A stretch of 56,824 nucleotides of DNA from Thermoplasmata archaeon (GCA_049966015.1 JBMFVL010000002.1:1-56824), one strand, 5' to 3'. Counted from the first letter of the stretch, positions 18,419-28,550 are shown. The notes: generated by a model not told the origin, from the letters alone. Program-made: numbers and translations.

Positions 18419-20887
18419 TTAGTTTGTGTTTTCTTTTGTGTTTATGATCAACCTTATTACTTCGTCACCTTCATCTACTGCCTTTAATTTTGTACCCATA
18501 GTGTTTCTGGATATTATTTTTATTTCGTCGTCTTCTATCCTTAAAACTTTGCCCATTTTGGTGAAGATGAATACTTCGTTATTGTCATTTACAACATCAA
18601 TGCATGCAATTTCACCAGTTTTAGGTGTTATTTTCATCGCCTTAACTCCTTTTGCACCTCTATGTACTTTCCTATAGTTAGTAATCATAGTTCTTTTCCC
18701 GAATCCCCTAGTGCTAACGGTCAACAAATAATCACTTTCCTTAACTACCTTCATTGCTACCACATAATCATCTTTGGATACTGTTATACCTTTAACCCCA
18801 CGTGCACTTCTTCCCATTGTTCTCAATGTATTTATAGCAAACCTTACAGCCATTCCTTTACGTGTTACTAACATTGCATCTAAATCTTCATTTTTGTTAT
18901 AGGGTATAACATATACCATTTCATCATTTTCTTGAAGGGTTATTGCCTTGATGCCATTTGACCGTATATTGAGAAACATTTCTAATTTTGTAACTTTTAC
19001 CAACCCTTTTTTAGTTGCAAAAAACAGGTTTATGTTAGGGTCATGAGTAGCAGGTAATGCCACTGCAGATCGTATTTGCTCGTTTGGCTGTAAAGTGGGA
19101 AGTAACTGTATAATCGGTTTTCCTCTTGCCTGCTTGGAACTTTCGGGAATTTCAAAACATCGTATTTTATAAACTTTGCCTAGGCTTGAAAATAGTAAAA
19201 TATAATCGTGGCTATATGCTGTTAATGTAATCACAATGTTGTCATCTACCTTGCTATCCATTACGCTTGTGCCTTGACCACCTCTATGTTGTGTTTTGTA
19301 CATAACAAGAGAATTCCTCTTGATGTAGTTTTTTTCGGTTATGAATATCATGTTTTTTACGTTGGGAATAAGGTCTTCATCTTTCTGTTCTATTTGGCTT
19401 TCTATTATTTCAGTTCTCCTTTCATCGCCGTATTTAGATGCTAGCTCTTTCAATTCCTTCTTTATAACGTTTTTTTGCTCTTCCTCGCTTGCAATGATCT
19501 TTTCTAGCATGGATGATTCTTTTAACAATTCCTCTTTTTCATTTATTATGGAACCAACTTCTAATCCAGTCAACCTTTGCAGTTTCATATCCAGTATAGC
19601 CTTTACTTGTGGGTCATTTAAAGAGTATTTGGATTTTATTTTGTTGAATGCTTCTTCTGTATCATTGGACCCTTTTATAAGGGAGATTATTTCATCAATA
19701 TTCTGTATTGCAACTAACAGACCTTCCAGAATGTTCAAGCGCTCTTTGTCTTTCATTAAAGTGTATCTGTACCTTCTAACAATAACCTTTATTCTATGCT
19801 TTATATAAAGGTCAAAAAGGTCAAACATTGATAACAATCGTGGGCGGTTATCTACCAGTGCAACATTGTTTACCCCTATGATGGATTCCATCCTTGTATG
19901 CTTATATAACTGGTTTTTGACCACTTCTGGATTTGCATTTTTTTTCAATTCTAAAATAATATTTATACCGTCTCTATCAGATTCATCCCTTATGTCCTGT
20001 ACATCATTAACTTTTCCATTCTTTATTGCATCAACAATGCTTTCAATTAACTTGCTTTTGTCTACCATGTATGGGATCTCTTTTACAGCCAATATTGTTT
20101 TTTCTTTAACTTTTTTTTCTTCTGTTCTAGCCCTTATGGTTATACTGCCTTTACCTGTTATGTAATAATTTTTAATTCCTTGACTGCCGTATATAATACC
20201 ACCGGTTGGAAAATCAGGGCCCTTAAGTATTTCCATTAGTTCATTGACACTCATGTTTGGATTATCGATATATGATAAAATCGCATTGACAACCTCAACC
20301 ATATTATGCGGAACCATCATGGTAGCCATAGCAACGGCTATTCCAGATGACCCATTTAGGATCAAGTTAGGTGCTTTAGATGGCAAATATAAGGGTTCCT
20401 TCATTGTGCTATCAAAGTTGTCTGCCCATTCTACAGTATCTTTATCTAAATCTTCTAAAATTTCCTCTGCATATTTAGTCAATCTAGCTTCAGTATATCT
20501 CATTGCTGCAGGGCTATCTCCATCTATGGATCCAAAGTTCCCTTGCCCTTCTATTAAAGGGTATCTCATGTTAAAGGGTTGTCCCATTCTAACCAGTGCA
20601 TCATAAATTGCTATATCCCCATGTGGATGGTATTTACCTAAAACTTCTCCTACTGTTCTTGCAGACTTCTTATATGGCTTGTCGTGGGTAATATTGCTTT
20701 CGTACATTGTATAAAGAATCCTTCTTTGAACAGGTTTAAGACCGTCAAGCACACTGGGAAGGGCCCTTCCTATGATTACACTCATTGCGTAATTTATATA
20801 GGAATATTTCATTTCCTTTTCAATTGATTGGATTTTTATTTCTTCCCCGCTTGATTCTATTTTTCCAGAGTCCATTTGATTCACCAT
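18419..20887 (-). CDS. gyrA: DNA gyrase subunit A
   Basis: [20 protein letters not shown] and the active-site [10 protein letters not shown], plus a C-terminal beta-pinwheel repeat region. 822 aa. Confidence 0.95.
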   Translation of the reverse strand: MVNQMDSGKIESSGEEIKIQSIEKEMKYSYINYAMSVIIGRALPSVLDGLKPVQRRILYTMYESNITHDKPYKKSARTVGEVLGKYHPHGDIAIYDALVRMGQPFNMRYPLIEGQGNFGSIDGDSPAAMRYTEARLTKYAEEILEDLDKDTVEWADNFDSTMKEPLYLPSKAPNLILNGSSGIAVAMATMMVPHNMVEVVNAILSYIDNPNMSVNELMEILKGPDFPTGGIIYGSQGIKNYYITGKGSITIRARTEEKKVKEKTILAVKEIPYMVDKSKLIESIVDAIKNGKVNDVQDIRDESDRDGINIILELKKNANPEVVKNQLYKHTRMESIIGVNNVALVDNRPRLLSMFDLFDLYIKHRIKVIVRRYRYTLMKDKERLNILEGLLVAIQNIDEIISLIKGSNDTEEAFNKIKSKYSLNDPQVKAILDMKLQRLTGLEVGSIINEKEELLKESSMLEKIIASEEEQKNVIKKELKELASKYGDERRTEIIESQIEQKDEDLIPNVKNMIFITEKNYIKRNSLVMYKTQHRGGQGTSVMDSKVDDNIVITLTAYSHDYILLFSSLGKVYKIRCFEIPESSKQARGKPIIQLLPTLQPNEQIRSAVALPATHDPNINLFFATKKGLVKVTKLEMFLNIRSNGIKAITLQENDEMVYVIPYNKNEDLDAMLVTRKGMAVRFAINTLRTMGRSARGVKGITVSKDDYVVAMKVVKESDYLLTVSTRGFGKRTMITNYRKVHRGAKGVKAMKITPKTGEIACIDVVNDNNEVFIFTKMGKVLRIEDDEIKIISRNTMGTKLKAVDEGDEVIRLIINTKENTN

Positions 20888-21062
20888 GTAAATTGATTTG
20901 CCAATTACCTTTAATCATTACCTGCTTTTTAATTTTATCTTAACTTTAAACGGTATAATACACAAGCCAATAGATTTCTATCCATTGTATAGTATAGAAT
21001 AGTAAAGAATACAAAAATTTAAAGAACCATTTAAATAAAATTTTTGTCATATAAAAATATAC

Positions 21063-22049
21063 TTATTGTGTTTTTTTACTATGAAATAAGTAATATTTAG
21101 CAACACCGTATATTACAGCATATCTTCTTATGATTTCAATCCATCCATATATAAGGTAAGGGTATTGTTTCCTCAATTTGAACGCTTTTATTTCTAGAAA
21201 ACAGAATATTCCTGCGTAGAGTACTATAGACAATATCAAAAATATAATACCTATTGGGACATAGAATAACATTGTTGTTGAAAGCAATAAAAGTATTGGT
21301 GCTATAACATAGGGCAGAATATTGTAATACGTAGATTCATAGGATGAGGAATATCTGGAATATACTACCACACCTTCCATGGCATACCTAGACTGCTTTT
21401 TCCATAATCGCTTCAATGTTACATCAGAATAATCGTGGTATACAATTGCTTCTTTTATATACAATCCTTTCCATCCATTGAGTATGGCTCTATTAGCAAA
21501 GTCGTGATCTTCACCACTTGAGATTGTTTCATCTAAATATCCTACTTCATCAAAAACTTTTTTTCTCCATAACGAATTTCCCATGGGAAGTTTTCCAGGA
21601 CTTTTTGCAGCTTTTGTATCATAAAACCAATCTAGATATGAACTGTAATACAAAGCAGTAGTTGTATATTTTTTTCCTGGTAAAATAGGGGTAGGTCCAG
21701 CAACAAACCCTATTTTGTTATCCTTTGATATTCCTTCTATAAGGTAATGCAACCATTTTGGGGTGGGCATTTCATCTGCATCTATAAATGATATAAACTC
21801 ACCCTTTGCAGATTTAATCGCAATGTTTCTGCTTTTTGCAACATTACCTTTTGCATTGAGTGGAACCACATTGGAATATTTTTTGGATAAGTTCAATGCT
21901 ATTTCCCATGTACCGTCTTTTGACCCCCCGTCTGCAATTAAAATTTCAATGTTAAGGTCCTTGTAATACTCTTCAAGAGTATCTACAAGGTTACTGATCC
22001 TTTTGTCGTTTAAAACAGTGATTATAATAGAGATTGATTTTTCTGCCAT
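21063..22049 (-). CDS. family 2 glycosyltransferase with C-terminal TM helices
   Basis: GT2 pattern ISIIITVLND...ADGGSKDGT...FIDADE (DxD). C-terminal hydrophobic helices (ILPYVIAPILLLLSTTMLFYVPIGIIFLILSIVLYAGIFCF). Confidence 0.8.
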   Translation of the reverse strand: MAEKSISIIITVLNDKRISNLVDTLEEYYKDLNIEILIADGGSKDGTWEIALNLSKKYSNVVPLNAKGNVAKSRNIAIKSAKGEFISFIDADEMPTPKWLHYLIEGISKDNKIGFVAGPTPILPGKKYTTTALYYSSYLDWFYDTKAAKSPGKLPMGNSLWRKKVFDEVGYLDETISSGEDHDFANRAILNGWKGLYIKEAIVYHDYSDVTLKRLWKKQSRYAMEGVVVYSRYSSSYESTYYNILPYVIAPILLLLSTTMLFYVPIGIIFLILSIVLYAGIFCFLEIKAFKLRKQYPYLIYGWIEIIRRYAVIYGVAKYYLFHSKKTQ

Positions 22050-22108
22050 AACATTGATGCTATAACAAACAACTTTAAAAATTTATGTAATTTTCTAATA
22101 TTAAAAAT

Positions 22109-23344
22109 TTATAGCAATGTTTTTTGCTGAAAAGAGGCATTTGGTCTAGATTCGACATAATTCTTTAAGGTTTCATCTGTCTCAACCATATTGATCACAT
22201 TTGGCTTTGGTACCCATAGATCTATTTCCTTAATCCTGCCTTTTCTTCCATAGTACCTTAGCTGGGTATTAATCAACCCCAGTGTAGATAGGTCATTGAT
22301 AAGATCGTTTATCCTTCTGGGGGACAGGGGTGACATACCCATTTTTAAAGTTGTGCTTATGTAATATTCTATTACATCTGGGGTTTTAACTATCTTTGAA
22401 TTGGTTTTTTCCATTACTTTAACAATGCTGTACATGATAAGCTTCTGGTGCAATGGCAACCCATTGAGTATTTGTTCTATATAATCAGATTCTATTGTTT
22501 TTTTTGCAGTATATACATCTTCTACTTCTACCTTGCTTTTTCCATTTCTTTCTGCGATCTGTGTAGCCATTCTCAATAAATTAAGGGCACGTCTAGCATC
22601 CCCGTGTTCATGTGCACCTATAGCCGCACATACAGAAATTACATTTTCATCTAGAGAACCTTCCTCAAAGGCTATTTTTGCCCTCTCAGTTAATATTGTA
22701 ACTAATTGAGGGGCATTGTATGGAGCAAAAGTGATTTTTTCATCGTTTAATCTGCTTTTTACTCTTTCATCAACTATAATAGAGGGCAGATTAACATCGT
22801 TTGTTATACCTATGAGATTCACCCTATAGTTTGGACTTTCATTGGATAAATTTATTAGTGTATATAGAGGGCTATCCCCAATACGATGTATCATCTTGTC
22901 AATTTCATCGAGTATAATTATAAGACTTTCATTTCTTTTTTTTAATAATTCCTTGAATTTTTCTATTACTTTATCAAATGCCCACCCAGAAGGGGGAATA
23001 TGTATACCCGTATCGCCTTCCAATTTACTGGATAATGAAGTAAATAAACTCATTATATTGTCAATTTCAGAACAGTTGATATATTGCACGTTCAAAGGCC
23101 TGCCTTCCTTTTTGCTTTTTTCTTGGATGTTAGCACAAACTTTTTTGACTACAACTGTTTTACCCGTACCGGTTTTACCCATAACAATAATGTTGGACGT
23201 TGGATTATTGTATATTATTGGATAAAGGATTCCTTCTATCTTTTTGATTTCTTCTTCTCTATAAGGTAGCTTATCAGGTATATAGGATTCTAAAAACACC
23301 GACATGTTTTTACCTATGACTTTATATACATCTGAATCTGCCAT
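22109..23344 (-). CDS. cdc6: Orc1/Cdc6 replication initiator
   Basis: YREEE motif region, Walker A GKTGTGKT, Walker B IIILDEID, sensor region GDARRALNLLR, and a C-terminal winged helix. Confidence 0.9.
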   Translation of the reverse strand: MADSDVYKVIGKNMSVFLESYIPDKLPYREEEIKKIEGILYPIIYNNPTSNIIVMGKTGTGKTVVVKKVCANIQEKSKKEGRPLNVQYINCSEIDNIMSLFTSLSSKLEGDTGIHIPPSGWAFDKVIEKFKELLKKRNESLIIILDEIDKMIHRIGDSPLYTLINLSNESPNYRVNLIGITNDVNLPSIIVDERVKSRLNDEKITFAPYNAPQLVTILTERAKIAFEEGSLDENVISVCAAIGAHEHGDARRALNLLRMATQIAERNGKSKVEVEDVYTAKKTIESDYIEQILNGLPLHQKLIMYSIVKVMEKTNSKIVKTPDVIEYYISTTLKMGMSPLSPRRINDLINDLSTLGLINTQLRYYGRKGRIKEIDLWVPKPNVINMVETDETLKNYVESRPNASFQQKTLL

Positions 23345-23529
23345 TTCCCCATCCCTTTTTATGCATTTTACTTAACATTATATCCGATATTTAAAATATC
23401 TTATTGTCAAAACATCCCTTTTTTTCAGTATTTACAATAAATATTAATTAATATGGCTAATATGATTTTATGTATATAATAATGTATTACATCATAAAGA
23501 TTTATATTCTTAAAAAAAATAGGAGTTTT
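23345..23529. other. AT-rich divergent intergenic region next to orc1/cdc6 with an 11-bp direct repeat (possible origin-associated or promoter region)
   Basis: CATCCCTTTTT occurs at 23350-23360 and again at 23413-23423, in otherwise almost pure A/T sequence. Confidence 0.25.
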
Positions 23530-24702
23530 ATGTCATCGTACATTGTTTCTTTTGTTAGAACACCATTAGGAAAATTTGGAAAATCACTCCAGCCTTTTTC
23601 ACCCTCTGATTTGGGTGCCCATGTGATTAGAGAATTAATAAATAAAACAGGCATGCTAGGAAAGGATATAGACCTTGTAGTGATGGGCAATATTTTAAAA
23701 GGAGGGCATGGTCAGGATCTTTCCAGGCAATCATTGATCAAGGCTGGATTGCCTTTTACTGTTGATGGATACAATGTAGATATGGTATGTTCATCCGGCA
23801 TGATGAGCATAATAAATGCCTCCCAAATGGTTTCTCTTGGAGATGCAGATATTGTTATTGCAGGTGGTATAGAAAGCATGAGCAATTCTAACTTTATAGT
23901 TTCTAGTAAAATCAGGTATGGTGTAAAATTCTCTATGAAATCGGACCTGTTTTTAACCGATTCCATGTATTATGATGGATTAACAGACCCTATTAATGGT
24001 ATGGTGATGGGAGAGGAAGCGGATAAAGTTGCTAAAGAACACAATATAAAAAGAGAAGAACTTGATGAAATTGCATATTTGAGTCATAAAAAAGCGTTAG
24101 ATGCCCAAGAAAAAGGGTATTTAAAAAAAGAAATCGCCCCGATTACGAGTGGAGAAGGTGTTGTTTATAATGATGAAGGTATACGTCCGAATTTGAAATT
24201 AGAAGATTTGTATAAACTTAAACCAGCCTTTGGAAAAGATGGTCTTCATACAGCAGGTAGTTCTTCCCAGATTTCAGATGGAGCTTCAGCTTTATTAATT
24301 ATGAATGAAAATGGATTGAAAAAAACTGGATTGAAACCAATTGCAAAAATAATTGGATATTCTTGGAAAGGAGTAGAATCATGGAGATTTACAGAGGCAC
24401 CAGCTAAAGCAATAGATATTTTGTTACAAAAAACAAAAATTAATAGGAAAGAGATAGATTATATAGAAAACAACGAAGCTTTTGCCGTGAGTAGCATTTT
24501 ATTAGAAAAAGATGGTTTTGACAGGTCTATTACCAATGTTTTTGGTGGGGCTATTGCTCTTGGGCATCCTATAGGAGCAAGTGGCGCTAGAATAACAGGT
24601 ACGTTGATCAATGTACTTCAAACCAAAGGAGGAAATTTGGGGATTGCTGCTCTTTGCCATGGTACAGGGGGAGCAACATCGATTGCTGTTCAACTGATAT
24701 AA
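23530..24702 (+). CDS. acetyl-CoA C-acetyltransferase (thiolase)
   Basis: ATG at 23530 is preceded by AGGAG (23521-23525). Active-site Cys context VDMVCSSGM, plus NEAFA, GGAIALGHPIGASGARI and CHGTGGA. Confidence 0.85.
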   Translation: MSSYIVSFVRTPLGKFGKSLQPFSPSDLGAHVIRELINKTGMLGKDIDLVVMGNILKGGHGQDLSRQSLIKAGLPFTVDGYNVDMVCSSGMMSIINASQMVSLGDADIVIAGGIESMSNSNFIVSSKIRYGVKFSMKSDLFLTDSMYYDGLTDPINGMVMGEEADKVAKEHNIKREELDEIAYLSHKKALDAQEKGYLKKEIAPITSGEGVVYNDEGIRPNLKLEDLYKLKPAFGKDGLHTAGSSSQISDGASALLIMNENGLKKTGLKPIAKIIGYSWKGVESWRFTEAPAKAIDILLQKTKINRKEIDYIENNEAFAVSSILLEKDGFDRSITNVFGGAIALGHPIGASGARITGTLINVLQTKGGNLGIAALCHGTGGATSIAVQLI

Positions 24703-24714
24703 TTTAAAAATTTA

Positions 24715-25215
24715 TTAATTCTGTAAAAAGGTTTGTGCTTTAGCTGGTTCTAAATCAATTGCCATTAAAAAGTAGTTTAAGGCTTTCTTTTTTATTTCAT
24801 CTAGTTCTTGTTGTGTCGAATCATCATCTAATCTTGCAATGCTGTTTGAATAATATTCTATAGCTAGTTCAGAGAGATATAAATGTTTATTCTGTTCGTC
24901 GATTTTTGTTGCTTCTATGTATACATGTTCAGCTTCATTTATCATGTTGTTTTCAATGTAAAAAGCACCCAACGATGTATAATACAGTGGTTCCTTTTGA
25001 TTTAGCTCTATTGCTTTTTTGTAATATCCTATTATCTCATTAACATTTATTTTAGGAATACCTCTTGCAGCTTCTGCCATTCCGAAAAAGGATTTATCTG
25101 ATTTTGGATTTAGTTCTGAAGCTTTTTTATAATGCTTAAAAGATTCCTTGTAATTGTACTGATCTAAATATCTATCACCTAAAGATAATTCTTTTTCCCA
25201 CTCGTTGCCTGCCAT
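24715..25215 (-). CDS. TPR-repeat protein
   Basis: Three to four TPR-like units (YKESFKHYKKASELNPK, IIGYYKKAIELNQKEP, AEHVYIEATKIDEQN, ALNYFLMAIDLEP). Starts 11 nt after the upstream coiled-coil gene and has its own GGTGA SD-like element. Confidence 0.6.
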   Translation of the reverse strand: MAGNEWEKELSLGDRYLDQYNYKESFKHYKKASELNPKSDKSFFGMAEAARGIPKINVNEIIGYYKKAIELNQKEPLYYTSLGAFYIENNMINEAEHVYIEATKIDEQNKHLYLSELAIEYYSNSIARLDDDSTQQELDEIKKKALNYFLMAIDLEPAKAQTFLQN

Positions 25216-25226
25216 TTGATTTCACC

Positions 25227-26546
25227 TTATTTTCCGATTATTCGTTTTTTACTTTTGTCAAATATAGAGGTTTTACTATCTAAAGAATGCGGTGGAGACT
25301 TGGGGGAGGTACTTCTAAATCCACAACTTCTGCAATATCCAATTCCAGCAGAATCAATAACATAATCTGTGCTTCCACATACAGGGCAAGATATTTCTTT
25401 ATCTTTTGGTTTTGGTTGATCCTTTTGTACACGCTGTGTAGGTTGGGGGATAGTATATTGCTGTGTAGATTGTTGCGAAGATTCTTGAACAGGAGAGGAT
25501 GCTGCTTTTGACCATAATTCTTTAACAGCTTCTTCAGCCATTTCCTCATCCTCTTTTGATGAATACAGACTCCTTTTTTGTATGTTTTTGCTTAAAATTT
25601 CTTTTGCGCCTGCTAATAAATTAATTGCCTCATACTCAGTAGAGGCTTTTGCTGCCTGATCTTTCAGTTGCTGTGCAGATGACAAAACATCTTGTGCAAT
25701 TCCTATAGAGATTGCCTTCTCTTGCAACTTTTGTACCTCTGTAAAAAGTTCCATTAATTCCTTATCATAATCATTTGTTTCATCTTTTTCTTGAACATTT
25801 GTGCTAACAGGGATTTCTTCCTTAACTTCTATTTTGGGAGGTTGTGCTTGTACGACCGGTTTAGGTTTAGGGAGATTCAGTTTCGGTTCTTTTATATCTT
25901 TTTCTTCAACTTTGGGGTATATACCTTGGTTAATTTTAGAGATTTCTTGCTCACGTATTGAAAGCTCTTTTTCCCTTTCTAACAATGATTTTCTTTTCTG
26001 TATGAGGTCTTCTTCCTGCTTTAATAACTCGGCTTCTTTTTGATTGAATTTTTCTTTAAGTGATTTGAGTTGCGATTCTAATTGTAGTAATTCATTTTCT
26101 TTTGATGAATAATCCTGGCCTTTTCTATCTAACTCTTCTTGCATTTGGATTATTCTCTGCTTTTGCTCATCAAGTTCTTTTTCCATTTTTTTAAGTGATA
26201 TTTCTTTATCAAACAATTCTTTTTCTTTTGCGGTTAATGCATTTTCTTTGTTATTTAGTTCTTTCTCTTTTTTAATAATGTTATTTTCACGTTCCTCTAA
26301 ATATTTTTCACCTTCTTGTAGCCTATGCTCTATATCCTCGTTTTCCTTTATTTTCTGTTGTATTTTGTTTTTCTCATTTTCTAGGTCCGTTAACGATTTC
26401 TCAAAAAACGACTGCTTCTCATACACTGTAGAAATGAAATTTTTTATTTCATTTATTTGTAAATTGAACTGGTTTTGTAGTTCCTCAAATCTATCTAAAT
26501 AACTTTTGTTTTTAGATTCCTCTGAGGATTGTGGTGAATCTGCCAT
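25227..26546 (-). CDS. long coiled-coil protein with Pro/Lys linker and C-terminal zinc ribbon
   Basis: About 190 aa of heptad-like Lys/Glu/Leu sequence (KEKELNNKENALTAKEKELFDKEISLKKMEKELDEQKQ...). Linker KEPKLNLPKPKPVVQAQPPK. Second helical region. C-terminal CPVCGSTDYVIDSAGIGYCRSCG. Confidence 0.6.
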   Translation of the reverse strand: MADSPQSSEESKNKSYLDRFEELQNQFNLQINEIKNFISTVYEKQSFFEKSLTDLENEKNKIQQKIKENEDIEHRLQEGEKYLEERENNIIKKEKELNNKENALTAKEKELFDKEISLKKMEKELDEQKQRIIQMQEELDRKGQDYSSKENELLQLESQLKSLKEKFNQKEAELLKQEEDLIQKRKSLLEREKELSIREQEISKINQGIYPKVEEKDIKEPKLNLPKPKPVVQAQPPKIEVKEEIPVSTNVQEKDETNDYDKELMELFTEVQKLQEKAISIGIAQDVLSSAQQLKDQAAKASTEYEAINLLAGAKEILSKNIQKRSLYSSKEDEEMAEEAVKELWSKAASSPVQESSQQSTQQYTIPQPTQRVQKDQPKPKDKEISCPVCGSTDYVIDSAGIGYCRSCGFRSTSPKSPPHSLDSKTSIFDKSKKRIIGK

Positions 26547-26700
26547 TATATATCCCTCTACAAAAACATTACAACATAATCTTACTTAAATTTTTGGTTA
26601 TTATATAAGGTCATATGATAAATAATTTTTATACTGTTCTCACATTGACACAAAAAAGTTCATATTAGTATTACTCGTATGAGTACTATAGCTATCCTTT

Positions 26701-26940
26701 ATGACGGTCGTTGTAAGAAAGGATAAAAGAAAAAACAGTAGGGTATATTACAGATTATATGATGTGAGAAGAATCAATGGAAAGGTAAAATCAAAATACG
26801 TTGGATATCCGGGAAAAAATCCCCAGTCCAAAAATGAGATATCTTATAGGGATATGATAAAGTATGTACATAGGCTCATGGGTATAGATTCTAACATAAC
26901 ACCAGTAACAACGATTGTCCTTGAAAATGCCGAAAGTTGA
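26701..26940 (+). CDS. small basic hypothetical protein (79 aa)
   Basis: An ORF with a basic beta-hairpin-like N-terminus (RVYYRLYDVRRINGKVKSKYVGYPG). It sits in an otherwise non-coding 580-nt gap, and its coding status is uncertain. Confidence 0.3.
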   Translation: MTVVVRKDKRKNSRVYYRLYDVRRINGKVKSKYVGYPGKNPQSKNEISYRDMIKYVHRLMGIDSNITPVTTIVLENAES

Positions 26941-27128
26941 AAAAGACATTTCTGAAGATAAAATGAGAGTACATTAAAAAACTACAGGGAAGAAATATCT
27001 TGTATGTGGATCAAACATGAAAGTCTACAAGTCAGTATTAATGAATGTAAAAATTTATTCTCATAACTGTGTATGATATACATAGAATAAAACAAAGATT
27101 TAATATTGTTGAGGTTCATAAGGATTTT

Positions 27129-27599
27129 ATGGTACAAGTAAGCGTTATAATGGGAAGTAAAAGCGATTACGAAACAATGAAAGATGCCATAGACATTTTA
27201 AAAGAATTTGGGGTTTCATATGAAGCCAAAATTGTTTCTGCTCATAGAACTCCAGATTATGCTTTTCAATATGCTAAAGAAGCTGAAAAGAATGGAATAA
27301 AAGTTATAATAGCCGCTGCTGGTGGAGCTGCTCATCTACCAGGTATTGTAGCATCTTTAACACCTTTGCCAGTAATAGGAGTTCCTATTCCATCTAAACA
27401 TTTAAATGGTATAGATTCACTGCTGTCTATTGTACAGATGCCACCAGGAGTCCCTGTGGGGACAGTATCAATAGCAGGTTCAAAAAATGCTGCTCTGCTG
27501 GCATTGAGAATTTTATCATTATCAGATAATAAAATAATGGATTCAATGAAAGCCTTTATAGATAACCAAACCAAAAAGGTGCTTAACGAAAAATTATAA
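27129..27599 (+). CDS. purE: N5-carboxyaminoimidazole ribonucleotide mutase / AIR carboxylase catalytic subunit
   Basis: [21 protein letters not shown] and [13 protein letters not shown]...PVIGVP. The start is placed at the internal ATG 27129; the ORF-track GTG at 27069 adds a non-conserved leader. Confidence 0.9.
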   Translation: MVQVSVIMGSKSDYETMKDAIDILKEFGVSYEAKIVSAHRTPDYAFQYAKEAEKNGIKVIIAAAGGAAHLPGIVASLTPLPVIGVPIPSKHLNGIDSLLSIVQMPPGVPVGTVSIAGSKNAALLALRILSLSDNKIMDSMKAFIDNQTKKVLNEKL

Positions 27600-27605
27600 T
27601 TAAAC

Positions 27606-28550
27606 TTAAAATGAAAATGTATCAATACGCCTTGGGAATGGTATAGTATCTTCTATGTTTTTTGTTCCTGTTATGTATCTAGTAAGTCTCTCTACACCTA
27701 TTCCGAAACCGGCAGAACGTGGCAATCCTTTTTTAGCAAATTCAAGATAGTAAGCGAATTGTTGAGCATTTTGCCCTTTTTTCTTTATCCTTTCAATTAT
27801 GCGTTCGTATTGATATTCCCTTTCACCACCAGATATCGCTTCCCCGTATCCTTCAGGATAATACATATCCATATCAACGAGGATGTTTTCTTTTTCATCG
27901 CTTTCCCTGTCATAAAATTCTCTATCATATAGAGGTATATTAACTAACCAAAAAGGCTCTTTTTCTTCTTTGGAAATTTGCATATCAAATCCATCTCCAA
28001 GCTTTTTTCTGTACTCACTGTAATCAAATTTTTTAAATGGTTTGTGTGGTAGTGAAATTTTTCTATCAAAATATTCTAACTCTTCTTTAGCCCGTTCATT
28101 TACTTTTTTTATTACATAAATATACATATCCTCTGCAAGATTCATTACATATTCTCTCGATGCATCCTTGATTTCTATATCCACTTGGGTAAATTCAGCT
28201 AAATGCCTCCCTGTACTTTTTCTGTCAATTGGCTCCAATCTTACATTCGGTGAAAAGATGAAAATTTTATCATATGAAAGCAAGGCTATTTGCTTATGGA
28301 ATATCATGCTTTGTGTTATACCGTACTTGTATCCATAAAAATCCACGTATGTCTTATATACTGGATGGTTGAGTGGATCAGTAATAGGTGCTATTATTAC
28401 TGGAGGGATTTCACAAAAGCCGTTTTCTACTAAAAATTCATGTAATGCACGCCTGATTTCACTGTGCATCTTGACCATGTGCTTCATCTTTTCAGATTTT
28501 AGCTTTTCATATAATTTTTCTATATGTTCTATTTCACTCATTGTTCTCAC
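27606..28550 (-). CDS. archaeal asparagine synthetase A-like enzyme (class II AspRS/AsnRS catalytic-core paralogue without anticodon-binding domain)
   Basis: Class II aaRS core features: FCEIPPVIIAP, RHLAEFTQVDIE, and motif-3-like GFGIGVERLTRY. About 310 aa with no N-terminal OB domain. Start could also be Met4 (28541). Confidence 0.7.
   Translation of the reverse strand: MRTMSEIEHIEKLYEKLKSEKMKHMVKMHSEIRRALHEFLVENGFCEIPPVIIAPITDPLNHPVYKTYVDFYGYKYGITQSMIFHKQIALLSYDKIFIFSPNVRLEPIDRKSTGRHLAEFTQVDIEIKDASREYVMNLAEDMYIYVIKKVNERAKEELEYFDRKISLPHKPFKKFDYSEYRKKLGDGFDMQISKEEKEPFWLVNIPLYDREFYDRESDEKENILVDMDMYYPEGYGEAISGGEREYQYERIIERIKKKGQNAQQFAYYLEFAKKGLPRSAGFGIGVERLTRYITGTKNIEDTIPFPRRIDTFSF

Noticed and set aside
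18426-20606. Plus-strand ORFs of up to 155 aa antisense to gyrA
   Set aside because: gyrA is unambiguous. The antisense products are Ser/Phe/Leu/Ile-rich mirror images of Lys/Glu/Asp-rich coding sequence.
20987-20998. 12-mer GTATAGTATAGA shared between the gyrA upstream region (20987-20998) and the PDO upstream region (29791-29802)
   Set aside because: There are only two copies, both in A/T-rich promoter DNA. On the coding strand it reads as a TATA-like box (TCTATACTATAC). Chance or generic promoter sequence is the simplest explanation.
23470-23529. N-terminal extensions in the ORF track, for example thiolase from 23470; also 683, 8859, 13007, 27069, 31966, 36537, 40092, 43849, 45448, 47488, 47670, 50142
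   Set aside because: They begin at TTG/GTG or at an upstream ATG and add non-conserved, often hydrophobic or AT-biased leaders. An in-frame ATG with SD-like sequence or a conserved protein N-terminus lies downstream, so the starts were trimmed. Trimming is by judgement, not proof.
25280-26502. Overlapping alternative-frame and antisense ORFs within the 439-aa coiled-coil gene, and likewise 30412-31485 within the 548-aa gene
   Set aside because: They are low-complexity translations of the repeat-rich coiled-coil sequence. The sense frames have coherent heptad structure, zinc ribbon or wHTH ends, and proper start contexts.
26701-26940. Idea that the 79-aa ORF marks an integrated element (integrase remnant)
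   Set aside because: There is no flanking tRNA, no direct repeats, no neighbouring phage or plasmid genes and no catalytic integrase motifs. It is kept only as a low-confidence hypothetical ORF.
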